From Chloroflexota bacterium (lineage in GTDB: Bacteria; Chloroflexota; Chloroflexia; Thermomicrobiales; UBA6265), in the NCBI GenBank assembly GCA_023424355.1, contig JAFAEA010000236.1:1-38781 (forward strand): a stretch of DNA of 38,781 nt. The letters are read 5' to 3'. This document shows, one piece after another, positions 15,097 to 22,968 of this stretch. Under the pieces are notes generated by a model that saw nothing but the letters and a program-made list of their open reading frames with translations, made no database searches and was not told where the DNA came from. The first letter of the stretch is position 1. Every line of letters starts with the position of its first letter. The position numbers and the translations under genes are program-made.

Positions 15097-16155
15097 ATGA
15101 CAGACACAAAACAGTCAACCAGCAGCGGTCTGGCAGTTCATCCGGGCCATTGGGTTCCAGCGGTGGACAACCGCCAGGACATTGACCTGATTCGCCAGAC
15201 CTATGCGAAGACACTCAACAACAACGAACTCGAACTCCTGGTGGCACACGGCAACCAAATGGGACTGAGTGTCATCAAGAAGCAGATCTACGGAATCAAG
15301 CGTGGTGACCAGATGAGCATTCAGGTCGGCATCGATGGATACCGCGCGATTACCGAATCCAACCCGGACTTCATGGGCTATGAGGGCCCGGAATGGTGCG
15401 GGCCAGATGGCCAGTGGGTGGATGTTTGGCTCAACCCAGAGCCGCCACGTGCCGCACGTATGGGTATATACCGCAAGGGATTCGCCAAGCCGATTTGGGG
15501 TGTCGCTGTCTACGATGAGTTCGTTCAGACCTTCTACGACAAATACACCAAGTCGCAGAAGCCGAACTCGATGTGGCAGAAGATGCCGGCCAACCAGCTC
15601 GCGAAGTGCGCAGAGGCCCAGGCGCACCGTAAGGCTACGCCTGGGGTGCTAGGTGGCACTGAAATGTACGACGAGGATTCACCTGAGGTTGAGCAGGTCC
15701 AGGCTATGGGTGTGGAGACAACAGTCACGGTGTCTGGTGGATCTGCCGCTGACGAATGGAACAAGGCCAACCGTCGCCTTCGAGCAATCGCTGCTCAATA
15801 CAAGGTTCCAGATGAGCATCTCGGCCTGTATCCGAAGGTCTACAAGAAGGATTCGTTGAAGGATCTCACGGCGCAGCAGCTCAACGCACTGGCGAACAGC
15901 ATGTCCACTGCTCCAGAGAAGATCGAGCCGTACTTTGCCGATCTCGTTGCGAAGTATGGCTCCGAGCCAGCGACCCACGACGAGGAAGTTGAGGCGGGTT
16001 CTGAACCATCCGACGACGTGGAGGATACGTACGAAGGAGAGTTCCAAGAGGTCACCGAAGACGGTGAAATCATCCCGGAAGGCGTCGGTCGAGGCAACTT
16101 CCAGAGCCCACTGATTGACGTTCCTTTGGAACATCCGAACCACGGCGATTCGTAG
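15097..16155 (+). CDS. recT: RecT-family single-strand annealing recombinase
   Basis: AAGGAG lies 9 nt upstream of ATG 15097 (ATG 15091 is too close to the SD). IQVGIDGYRAIT ... MWQKMPANQLAKCAEAQAHRKATP matches the RecT core. The C-terminus is an acidic tail. Confidence 0.85.
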   Translation: MTDTKQSTSSGLAVHPGHWVPAVDNRQDIDLIRQTYAKTLNNNELELLVAHGNQMGLSVIKKQIYGIKRGDQMSIQVGIDGYRAITESNPDFMGYEGPEWCGPDGQWVDVWLNPEPPRAARMGIYRKGFAKPIWGVAVYDEFVQTFYDKYTKSQKPNSMWQKMPANQLAKCAEAQAHRKATPGVLGGTEMYDEDSPEVEQVQAMGVETTVTVSGGSAADEWNKANRRLRAIAAQYKVPDEHLGLYPKVYKKDSLKDLTAQQLNALANSMSTAPEKIEPYFADLVAKYGSEPATHDEEVEAGSEPSDDVEDTYEGEFQEVTEDGEIIPEGVGRGNFQSPLIDVPLEHPNHGDS

Positions 16156-16161
16156 TTGGAA

Positions 16162-16190
16162 ACGGCCCGGTGGGGGATCTGCCGGGCCGT
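16162..16190 (+). terminator. 9-bp GC-rich hairpin after recT (weak terminator candidate)
   Basis: ACGGCCCGG (16162-16170) and CCGGGCCGT (16182-16190) with an 11-nt loop. No clear T-tract follows. Confidence 0.3.
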
Positions 16191-16213
16191 CCTATTCAAG
16201 AGGTGAACGATAG

Positions 16214-17023
16214 ATGAGTTGGGTAAAGCTGGATGATGGCTTCTTTAGAAACACAAAAGTTGTCGGAATTTCTGCGGAATCTCGACTGATTTATCTCGCC
16301 GGACTGTGCTACGCCAGCGCTTCGCTCTCTGACGGAACTGTGCCAAAAGGTGCCGTAAAAATACTCGCCGCAGAGGCAGGAGTTGCTTCAACCGCTAAGC
16401 GTATTCGCGAGCTGGTAGAAGCGGGGCTATGGGTCGAAAACCCTGATGGTTACGCCATTCATGACTACCTGGAGCATAACAGCAGTGCAGAAGATGTTCG
16501 CTCGAAAAAGGATGCTGCAAAGGAGCGGATGCAACGCAGGCGTTCGCAAAATGTTCGCGCGAACAAAGAACGAACTTCGCGCGAAGTTCGCGAGCCAGAT
16601 ACAGATACAGATACAGAGTTAACCACAACTAACGTTGTGGTTGGGCCGCAAGCGCCTGCCACCCAAGATCCTGAACCGGTTGAAGAAAAACCTAAACCGA
16701 AACGGGCAACGCAGATCTCTCCTGACTGGCAGGTGAGCGATCACTTGCGGGAGTGGGCTCATGGCGCCGGGTACACCGACGCCGATCTTGCCCAGGAAGC
16801 GCCGAAGTTTCGGGATCACTGGCTTTCCAAGGGCGAGCCCCGGAAAGACTGGGACGCGGGATTCCGGATGTGGATGGCAAACGCCAAGCAATACGGTCAC
16901 CTGTTTGCGAAACCGAAGCAGGCTGGACCGCCGCCCAATCTCCAAACCGACAGCTATCGGGGTGATGACGAGAGCCACTGGCTCGGTCAATACGCCCAAA
17001 CACACGGGAGAAAGACAGCATGA
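16214..17023 (+). CDS. replication initiator / replisome-organiser-like protein
   Basis: 269 aa. The N-terminal winged-helix-like segment (WVKLDDGFFRNTKV...RLIYLAGLCYA) is typical of phage replication organisers. It sits immediately upstream of the DnaC-like loader with an ATGA overlap. The central linker carries DNA repeats. Confidence 0.65.
   Translation: MSWVKLDDGFFRNTKVVGISAESRLIYLAGLCYASASLSDGTVPKGAVKILAAEAGVASTAKRIRELVEAGLWVENPDGYAIHDYLEHNSSAEDVRSKKDAAKERMQRRRSQNVRANKERTSREVREPDTDTDTELTTTNVVVGPQAPATQDPEPVEEKPKPKRATQISPDWQVSDHLREWAHGAGYTDADLAQEAPKFRDHWLSKGEPRKDWDAGFRMWMANAKQYGHLFAKPKQAGPPPNLQTDSYRGDDESHWLGQYAQTHGRKTA
16541..16642. repeat. candidate origin of replication inside the initiator gene
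   Basis: GTTCGC(A/G) at 16542, 16553 and 16586. 12-bp palindrome GTTCGCGCGAAC (16553-16564). 18-bp perfect palindrome GAACTTCGCGCGAAGTTC (16572-16589). (GATACA)x3 at 16598-16615. Hairpin AACCACAAC-taac-GTTGTGGTT (16621-16642). Confidence 0.4.
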
Positions 17024-17781
17024 AACACATTGGTGAGGTGATGCGGGATTCGAATATCGCCGACCTGGTGGCAAGTGTGACCGCCAAGCGTGAAGCGCGC
17101 AGGCAGGCCGGCATCGAGCAGTACGGTTGGGATGTTGATTGCGTCTGCGACTACTGCGGCGATACCGGAGTTGATCCGGAAACCGCAAGGGTATGCAACT
17201 GCGAAGTTGGCCGGAATCTCGAGACCGCGCGACGCCTCGAGCGCGATTGGCACACATTCGTGCCGTGGCGATTCAAAGACTTTCGCCTCGAGACACACCC
17301 AAACCGACGGGCCGCGAAGGAAGTGCAGGAGTGGGTCGCATCGGGATTCGACAATCGCGAAAACCTGATGCTCGTTGGCCCGGTTGGCAGCGGCAAGACA
17401 GGGTTGGCCATTGGTGCCATGCGTGAGATCTACATGACCGATGCGGTTTGCAGATTCGACACCTTCTCCGGTTACCTGGACCAGCTGCGGCCAAAGGATA
17501 CGCCTTCGCTCGATGCGCTCGAAATGGATCACCTCACCTCAGCTGGACTGCTGGTGATCGACGACCTGGGCACGCAAAAGATGACCGATTGGGTGGCAGA
17601 GCGATTGTACCTGATCGTGAACGATCGATACCAAAACGGTTTGCCGATGATCGTGACCACCAATCTGACCGGTGATGAACTCGATCGGATGCTGGGAGAG
17701 CGAATCATGAGCCGACTCTCGACATCTTCACGGATGGTGGCTGTTGGTGGATCCGATCTCCGAAAGCGGGGTGCAGCATGA
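17020..17781 (+). CDS. DnaC/IstB-like AAA+ helicase loader
   Basis: 253 aa. Walker A LVGPVGSGKT, Walker B LLVIDDLG, sensor region IVTTNL. N-terminal Cys cluster CVCDYCGDTG...CNC. Confidence 0.85.
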   Translation: MKHIGEVMRDSNIADLVASVTAKREARRQAGIEQYGWDVDCVCDYCGDTGVDPETARVCNCEVGRNLETARRLERDWHTFVPWRFKDFRLETHPNRRAAKEVQEWVASGFDNRENLMLVGPVGSGKTGLAIGAMREIYMTDAVCRFDTFSGYLDQLRPKDTPSLDALEMDHLTSAGLLVIDDLGTQKMTDWVAERLYLIVNDRYQNGLPMIVTTNLTGDELDRMLGERIMSRLSTSSRMVAVGGSDLRKRGAA

Positions 17782-18254
17782 TCGACGAAATGTCCATCGA
17801 GGAGTTCCACGAATACCAGGCAACAGGCAAAATGCCATTCCGATTTCTGGGCCAAAGTCGATCCAGAGTGCTGGATATGGTCGCCAAGAAGGCTCCAGAA
17901 CTGCTGGACCACGCGACAGAGGCGATGAGTTCACCGCCGGAGTATAGGCCCGGACCGGCACTCACGATTTCGGAGAAGGCGTTTCAGTCGCAGGTTGAGC
18001 AGGCCGCGCGTGCTTCCGGTTGGTATGCGTACCACACCTACAGCTCGCGTCGAAGCGAGCCGGGATTCCCGGACCTGGTGCTGGTGAATCCGACGCGAAA
18101 GCGCACGGTGTTCGCCGAACTCAAGACCGAGAAAGGTTCGGTATCGGATCACCAGAAGCGATGGCTTTGGGCGTTGAAGGAATCAGGTCAAGAAGCGTAT
18201 CTCTGGCGACCATCAATGTGGTCAGAAATCGAAGCAGTGCTCACGCGTAGATAA
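17778..18254 (+). CDS. VRR-NUC domain nuclease
   Basis: 158 aa. PD-(D/E)xK-type motif GFPDLVLV ... FAELKTEKG ... Q..W. ATGA overlap with the loader gene. Confidence 0.8.
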   Translation: MIDEMSIEEFHEYQATGKMPFRFLGQSRSRVLDMVAKKAPELLDHATEAMSSPPEYRPGPALTISEKAFQSQVEQAARASGWYAYHTYSSRRSEPGFPDLVLVNPTRKRTVFAELKTEKGSVSDHQKRWLWALKESGQEAYLWRPSMWSEIEAVLTRR

Positions 18255-18391
18255 ACAAGAGCCCCGAGGCGGCGGCAACCACCTCGAGGCGATGCCAAAT
18301 ACAAACCCTGACAGGAGTGATTCAGCATGAAAACGATACATGCTCCAGCCGGAGCCTACCTCAATTCACAAATCAAGCGTGCGGTGTCGTC

Positions 18392-18634
18392 ATGAACTAC
18401 CTCGACTACAACCGCAACGACGATACGACTCCAGAGACACGGGCGAAAGACAAGGTAGCCGACGCAGAAAACGCTGTGCGGCGTGAGATGCACCACGCTC
18501 GCGAGTGGCAAAAGCGGCCGGCAAGCTCGCTCCAGGAGAAGGCTATCGCCAACCATGTGGCACGAGCCCGTGAGGCAAACCGAGCTCTATTGGCGGCGAT
18601 GCGAGATCTGCGAACGTTAGAGGTGGCCTCATGA
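18392..18634 (+). CDS. hypothetical protein
   Basis: 80 aa from ATG 18392 (the ORF-track start at GTG 18317 lies inside an AGGAG). A 22-codon ORF (18327-18395) precedes it with an ATGA overlap. Confidence 0.45.
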   Translation: MNYLDYNRNDDTTPETRAKDKVADAENAVRREMHHAREWQKRPASSLQEKAIANHVARAREANRALLAAMRDLRTLEVAS

Positions 18635-18861
18635 TCAAGACCTCCACTCGGATCGATGCCCGATCCCTCATCAACCGCGCTCTTGGATATAGCGCTCCAT
18701 TTCGGTTCATCCAGACCAAAACAGGATTCTGGTGGTGCGAGATTCGACTGTCACCGATCCAGTACACCCGCGCGAGTGCCTGCTGCCCTGGAGAGACCCA
18801 GATGTCGGCAGCGGTGAATGCAGTGAAGCAGGCCGAACGCCTGAGAAAGGCGGCTGCATGA
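18631..18861 (+). CDS. hypothetical protein
   Basis: 76 aa with ATGA overlaps at both ends. Confidence 0.5.
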   Translation: MIKTSTRIDARSLINRALGYSAPFRFIQTKTGFWWCEIRLSPIQYTRASACCPGETQMSAAVNAVKQAERLRKAAA

Positions 18862-19055
18862 GCGCCTACACCAAGCAATCCAAACGGCCCAAGCCGGCCA
18901 AGCCGCAGGAACTGATCGACAGATTCAAGAGAGACATGGCCGAAGCGGGGTTCGATGTTTTCCCAATCTACAACCTGGGGTCGCCCTACATGCCAAACGT
19001 GACTATCGAGATTTGGCAGAGGCGAAACACAGAAGGCAAGGAGGCCCAGCCATGA
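18858..19055 (+). CDS. hypothetical protein
   Basis: ATG 18858 overlaps the upstream stop. Length 65 aa. Confidence 0.5.
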   Translation: MSAYTKQSKRPKPAKPQELIDRFKRDMAEAGFDVFPIYNLGSPYMPNVTIEIWQRRNTEGKEAQP

Positions 19056-19291
19056 CCCAGCGTGAACAGTACGAATTTGGTGACGGCTCCCTGATTCGAT
19101 TCATGAAGCACCAGATGGGGTTTACCCCAACTTCCGGCCAGCCTGACGATGCGCAGATGATTCAACGCCTGGCCGTGAAAGCGCAAGAGCTGGCGGCAGA
19201 GGAAGGCATCGAACTGACGAAGGAAGCGGCGATGGCGAGAGCGCAAGAGAACCTGGCGCATGTGCGAAAGATGGCGGGAGGTGTGAGGTGA
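19052..19291 (+). CDS. hypothetical protein
   Basis: ATG 19052 lies 9 nt after AAGGAGG. Length 79 aa. Confidence 0.55.
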   Translation: MTQREQYEFGDGSLIRFMKHQMGFTPTSGQPDDAQMIQRLAVKAQELAAEEGIELTKEAAMARAQENLAHVRKMAGGVR

Positions 19292-19395
19292 GCGAGATGT
19301 TGACCCTGTTCGCATCCACCGCGACCGGTTGCCTGCTGATCGGGATCCTGTACGCGGTGATTGCTAGCTGGTTCGAGGGGAGGGGGAAGAAATGA
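19288..19395 (+). CDS. 35-aa single-pass membrane peptide
   Basis: Below the ORF-track cutoff. Sequence VSEMLTLFASTATGCLLIGILYAVIASWFEGRGKK. It fills the gap between two genes exactly, with a GTGA overlap upstream and an ATGA overlap downstream. GGGAGG lies upstream. Confidence 0.4.
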   Translation: MSEMLTLFASTATGCLLIGILYAVIASWFEGRGKK

Positions 19396-19694
19396 TTGAG
19401 CGCCCAACCTACAAAGGCATGAACGTTGACGAGTATGCGCGGCACTACGTGAAGCGTCAGGCCGACATGGGATTCAATCTTGAGCTGATCAAGTACGGAT
19501 GTCATGGCCAGTATCACGGCGAGGATCTACGAACCCAAGTAGGGCATGGAGTTCTGGTGCGCGGCACGGGCGAGGACGTCAAGGTGAAATCAGACGAGTT
19601 GTTCGTGCAAATCGGTGATGAATGGAAGGTGTTCAGTCTGCCGAAGCTGTACGAAGAAGTGACCTCCGGCGCGATTCAGGCATCGCTGCTATGA
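19392..19694 (+). CDS. hypothetical protein
   Basis: 100-aa ORF, translationally coupled on both sides. Confidence 0.55.
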   Translation: MIERPTYKGMNVDEYARHYVKRQADMGFNLELIKYGCHGQYHGEDLRTQVGHGVLVRGTGEDVKVKSDELFVQIGDEWKVFSLPKLYEEVTSGAIQASLL

Positions 19695-19921
19695 CCCCCG
19701 CCGAGCACGACCGCCAGGGCAAGGCCGACTACGCCCGGTACGCGCTGACCTGCTGCTTCCACCACGAGGGCAGCGTGTACATCCGGTGCGAGTGGAGCAT
19801 CAAGCGGGTATGCAGCGAAGAGGAATGGCCGGGGATTCTGGCGAGAGAGAACGCATACATCGCGCAACAGGAGGAATTGGCAGCAACCGTAGCAGCGCCG
19901 CAGCAGGCGAGCTTGTTCTAG
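19691..19921 (+). CDS. hypothetical protein
   Basis: ATG 19691 in an ATGA overlap. Length 76 aa. Confidence 0.5.
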   Translation: MTPAEHDRQGKADYARYALTCCFHHEGSVYIRCEWSIKRVCSEEEWPGILARENAYIAQQEELAATVAAPQQASLF

Positions 19922-19937
19922 CAAGGAGTGAAGAACG

Positions 19938-20243
19938 ATGACCGAGAACGAACCGATGAGCTTTGCCCGCAACGACATTATGCGGGCGACAGAAGCGGCT
20001 CTAAAAGCCTACGACCAGGGCGTTGAGGACGGCATACGACAGGAGCGGGAGAGGATCAGGGAGGCGCTGTTGAGTGACGAGGCGAATGATGTCGCCAAGC
20101 AAGCCTACAGGAATGAAGCCCATGCACATGACGTAGCACCGACAGGTGTTGCACTGCAAGACCCGCTCGACGCAGCGATTGACGCAATCTACGACCACAT
20201 CGGCCTCGGAGCCGTGACCACGGAGGCCACGAATGAACGATGA
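19938..20243 (+). CDS. hypothetical protein
   Basis: 101 aa. AAGGAG lies 8 nt upstream. Confidence 0.55.
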   Translation: MTENEPMSFARNDIMRATEAALKAYDQGVEDGIRQERERIREALLSDEANDVAKQAYRNEAHAHDVAPTGVALQDPLDAAIDAIYDHIGLGAVTTEATNER

Positions 20244-20745
20244 GCAGAGCGCCGAACTGGTGGAGGAACTGGCCGACGCGATGTGGACGGGAGTGTTAGA
20301 AGACTCCACACGAATGGAGCGATACCGCCTGATCGGAACTTCAATCATGCCCATCATCGACCGCCTGCTGGCCGACCGCGCCACCACGGTAGCGGAGCCG
20401 GACGCGGAGACGGTGGAGCGTGTGGCATCCGCCATATCGGAGCATGGTCGGGCCGGAGATGTGGAAGCCATGGCCCGAGCCGCCATCGCCGCGATGCCGT
20501 CGTGTGCGGATGCGGAGTGGCTGGATGAGGCGCTCGATAGCGTGCATCCGGAAACGTACGTGTCATACGTCCACCAGTGGAACAGTGAGGATGGAATGCA
20601 AAGAGCATGTATCCGCTGGCCAAGAAAAGACGCGAAGAACTGGAACGGATATCCCCACCACGATTCCGTAGGATATGGCACCACGCGCAAGGCCGCGATT
20701 CTGGATGCTGTGAAGAAGGCCAAGGAGGCGAGCATCAATGGCTAA
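20233..20745 (+). CDS. hypothetical protein
   Basis: 170 aa, with an 11-nt overlap with the upstream gene. Confidence 0.6.
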   Translation: MNDEQSAELVEELADAMWTGVLEDSTRMERYRLIGTSIMPIIDRLLADRATTVAEPDAETVERVASAISEHGRAGDVEAMARAAIAAMPSCADAEWLDEALDSVHPETYVSYVHQWNSEDGMQRACIRWPRKDAKNWNGYPHHDSVGYGTTRKAAILDAVKKAKEASING

Positions 20746-21046
20746 GCCAATCATGCTATTCGAGAGCCAGTTGAGCCGTACCGTCTATGCCACCAGAAGC
20801 TACAAGACGACGGACGGCAACAACTTCACCTGCACCGGCCAGAAGGATGACGTGACGGACTACGTCGGCCACATCGCAACCCGCGCCATGCTCCGCAATG
20901 GTGCGCTCGCCAAAGCGGTCAGTGTGTATCAGACCGCCATTGAGAACGGCAACGACCCGGTAGACGCGATGCACGATGCAATCCTTTCCGCCGGAGACAC
21001 CGCCTTCCCTGGCGTGGCAGCAACAGAGGAGGCGAGCGGTGAATAA
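20738..21046 (+). CDS. hypothetical protein
   Basis: 102 aa, with an 8-nt overlap with the upstream gene. Confidence 0.55.
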   Translation: MAKPIMLFESQLSRTVYATRSYKTTDGNNFTCTGQKDDVTDYVGHIATRAMLRNGALAKAVSVYQTAIENGNDPVDAMHDAILSAGDTAFPGVAATEEASGE

Positions 21047-21290
21047 CGTCATGACAATCGTGCAAGTCGAGGAAGCCATCGTCTGGAACTCGTACCGCGC
21101 CACGACCGAGGCTATACAGAAGGCCCAGGAGATCGCAACTGAATCCGGCACCAGCGAACTGATGGTGGAAGTGATTGTCAACATCGTTTCCGATGCCTTC
21201 CCAGGTGAGCACAGCTCTGGCCGGTCGCGGTCACGCAGAGCTGGATATGCGGTGTGTATCTACCGCTCAAAGGAGGCGAGTTATGAGTAG
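21039..21290 (+). CDS. hypothetical protein
   Basis: GTG 21039 lies 6 nt after GAGGAGG (alternative ATG 21051). Length 83 aa. Confidence 0.5.
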   Translation: MNNVMTIVQVEEAIVWNSYRATTEAIQKAQEIATESGTSELMVEVIVNIVSDAFPGEHSSGRSRSRRAGYAVCIYRSKEASYE

Positions 21291-21483
21291 TGATGTTGTA
21301 CTCGCAGTGCTTCTGGCAGTTACGAATATCTTCTGGCTCTGGTTCAACCTGGGCACCATTCAGCGGTGGGAAAGGTCATCCGATAAGTGGTCGGAACTCT
21401 GCCGAGAACAGAACAACACATGGTCCGAGTACGCCAGCGGCCTAGTGCGTCAGTTGCAAGACAAGGAGCACACCAATGGATAA
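21283..21483 (+). CDS. small membrane protein
   Basis: ATG 21283 follows AGGAGG. Length 66 aa. N-terminal hydrophobic helix VVLAVLLAVTNIFWLWFNL. Confidence 0.5.
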   Translation: MSSDVVLAVLLAVTNIFWLWFNLGTIQRWERSSDKWSELCREQNNTWSEYASGLVRQLQDKEHTNG

Positions 21484-21694
21484 CCGCGAATTCACCGACC
21501 CGCCTCATGACTACTACACGACCGGCAATGGATACCTGGCGCACAGTGCCTACCTCAACAACAGTCGATTGTGGAATACGAGAGAAGGCGCAGAGCGGTA
21601 TGCGAAGCGCGGAGAATTTGTCTACAAGGTGACCGTCGAGCTTGTTGGCAGGGCACCTCGTGACTTTGGACATGAGGAGTCCACCAATGGATAA
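21476..21694 (+). CDS. hypothetical protein (cassette flanked by 17-bp direct repeats)
   Basis: 72 aa. Both its start junction and its stop junction lie within identical CACCAATGGATAACCGC 17-mers. Confidence 0.5.
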   Translation: MDNREFTDPPHDYYTTGNGYLAHSAYLNNSRLWNTREGAERYAKRGEFVYKVTVELVGRAPRDFGHEESTNG

Positions 21695-22091
21695 CCGCTT
21701 CACCACCGTACCGAATGGCCACCCAGCGCCGCTGTGGTACCAGCCGACCGATGGCTCGCCACGCCTCTACTGGACCGACGAGGAATGGGACTACCAGCAA
21801 CGGATCTACCGCAAGGGCGACAACAGCGCCGACGCCATCCAGGAAGCAATCGACACCCGCAACCACCAGCCGGTGGGGATCCAGATCAGGCCGCAGATGA
21901 TCGATCGGCCACGAACCTGTGGTCATTGCAAGAACACGTTCTATTCATCGTGGCCGCAAGCCAAGACATGCGGGAATCCGGTGTGCGCTACCGAGTATCG
22001 AAAGGCAGCGGCGCGAGAAGCGTATCACCGGAGCCCAGAGAAGCATCGAGCGGCGAAGCGTGAGCGCGATCGAAAGGCGAAAGCGGTATAG
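21687..22091 (+). CDS. zinc-ribbon protein with basic tail (last early gene)
   Basis: ATG 21687. Length 134 aa. CGHCKNTF...CGNPVC followed by a Lys/Arg-rich C-terminus. It is the last + strand gene before the late region. Confidence 0.55.
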   Translation: MDNRFTTVPNGHPAPLWYQPTDGSPRLYWTDEEWDYQQRIYRKGDNSADAIQEAIDTRNHQPVGIQIRPQMIDRPRTCGHCKNTFYSSWPQAKTCGNPVCATEYRKAAAREAYHRSPEKHRAAKRERDRKAKAV

Positions 22092-22116
22092 CTAGCGAGG
22101 CCGCTTTCCTGCGGCA

Positions 22117-22800
22117 TCAGGACAAGTAACCCAGTGCCATTGCGAAAGCAGCTGGCGCCTGGCTGACAATCGCCCCAGAGATCGTGCCAGCGAGAACCTC
22201 GTTCGTGAGCGTTCGTACCCACTTTCTCACCACAGACCTCTTTCCGTCAGGATCCGTTTCCTGTTCGAGCAAAGTCTTTAGCTCCTCAATTCGCTCTGAA
22301 TCCAGGCCGATGGATTTCAGCCCCTCTAGCAGCGCATCGTCTTGTCCTGATGTCACCTCGTAGGATGGGGATTGTGACAGATCCCCTCCTGCGACTCCCA
22401 CGGTAGTTTGATTTGCGTCTCCAGTAATCGTAATGTGCTGGACGATCGTGCCCGAAGGTAATGAGGCTTCGGCGAAGTGCGATAACAGACGGCTACCAAG
22501 GGAGCGAATTCTCTCAGGGTCAACTTTCTTCATATGAAACTCAGGAGGCAACCCCGAGAACCCGGATCTAGGTGCCATCTGGCTAAATTCATCCACGGCA
22601 GACTTGAGTTCGATATCCGAAATGTGATACTGCGAGAAGTCGCGATCAGTCAGTGCTTCCAGCGAACGAACCAGCCACATGTAGTCAGCTAGGTACCTTT
22701 CCGGCACTCGTTGATTGGATGAAGGAAGTGAGCCAATAAATGCCGTGAGTTCATTTACGACCTGGTTGATTTTGCCGTCGTTTGAAATCGCCATGATCAA
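22117..22800 (-). CDS. hypothetical protein with C-terminal hydrophobic helix (moron-like accessory gene)
   Basis: 227-aa ORF on the opposite strand to all its neighbours. A sampled line is about 48% GC, against about 58% in structural genes. The C-terminus LAGTISGAIVSQAPAAFAMALGYLS is hydrophobic. No motif recognised. Confidence 0.7.
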   Translation of the reverse strand: MIMAISNDGKINQVVNELTAFIGSLPSSNQRVPERYLADYMWLVRSLEALTDRDFSQYHISDIELKSAVDEFSQMAPRSGFSGLPPEFHMKKVDPERIRSLGSRLLSHFAEASLPSGTIVQHITITGDANQTTVGVAGGDLSQSPSYEVTSGQDDALLEGLKSIGLDSERIEELKTLLEQETDPDGKRSVVRKWVRTLTNEVLAGTISGAIVSQAPAAFAMALGYLS

Positions 22801-22892
22801 TCCTTTCCTGTAGACATGAGGGCGCAGGGTTTACATCCAAGTTTAGGTGAATATCCCGTACCAAACTTGAAATCTGCTATTCTATGACCATC

Positions 22893-22923
22893 CACCGCTA
22901 CGGATTATCGTGGCGGTGTTTTT
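22893..22923 (+). terminator. intrinsic terminator-like hairpin upstream of the late operon
   Basis: CACCGCTACG (22893-22902) pairs with CGTGGCGGTG (22909-22918), 10 bp including one G:U. 6-nt loop, then TTTTT (22919-22923). It lies 46 nt upstream of the terS start. Confidence 0.5.
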
Positions 22924-22968
22924 CATGCCTGACGTTAATGGCGTCAATTTGTATCAGGGGCTTGTATA

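Noticed and set aside
14337-15107. 256-aa minus-strand ORF
   Set aside because: It is antisense to the zinc-finger gene 14403-15083, which is translationally coupled into the + strand operon.
16598-16615. (GATACA)x3 tandem repeat as a possible CRISPR or minisatellite
   Set aside because: There are only three 6-nt units and no spacers. It encodes DTDTDT in the initiator linker, so I treat it as part of the candidate origin cluster. No CRISPR array was seen anywhere in the window.
16619-17532. 212-aa, 140-aa and 181-aa minus-strand ORFs
   Set aside because: They are antisense to the replication organiser and the DnaC-like loader. Shadow ORFs.
20001-20738. 245-aa minus-strand ORF
   Set aside because: It is antisense to two coupled + strand early genes. 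No SD.
22099-22116. GCCGC-tttcct-GCGGC hairpin between convergent genes
   Set aside because: The stem is only 5 bp and has no T-tract, so it is too weak to call a terminator.
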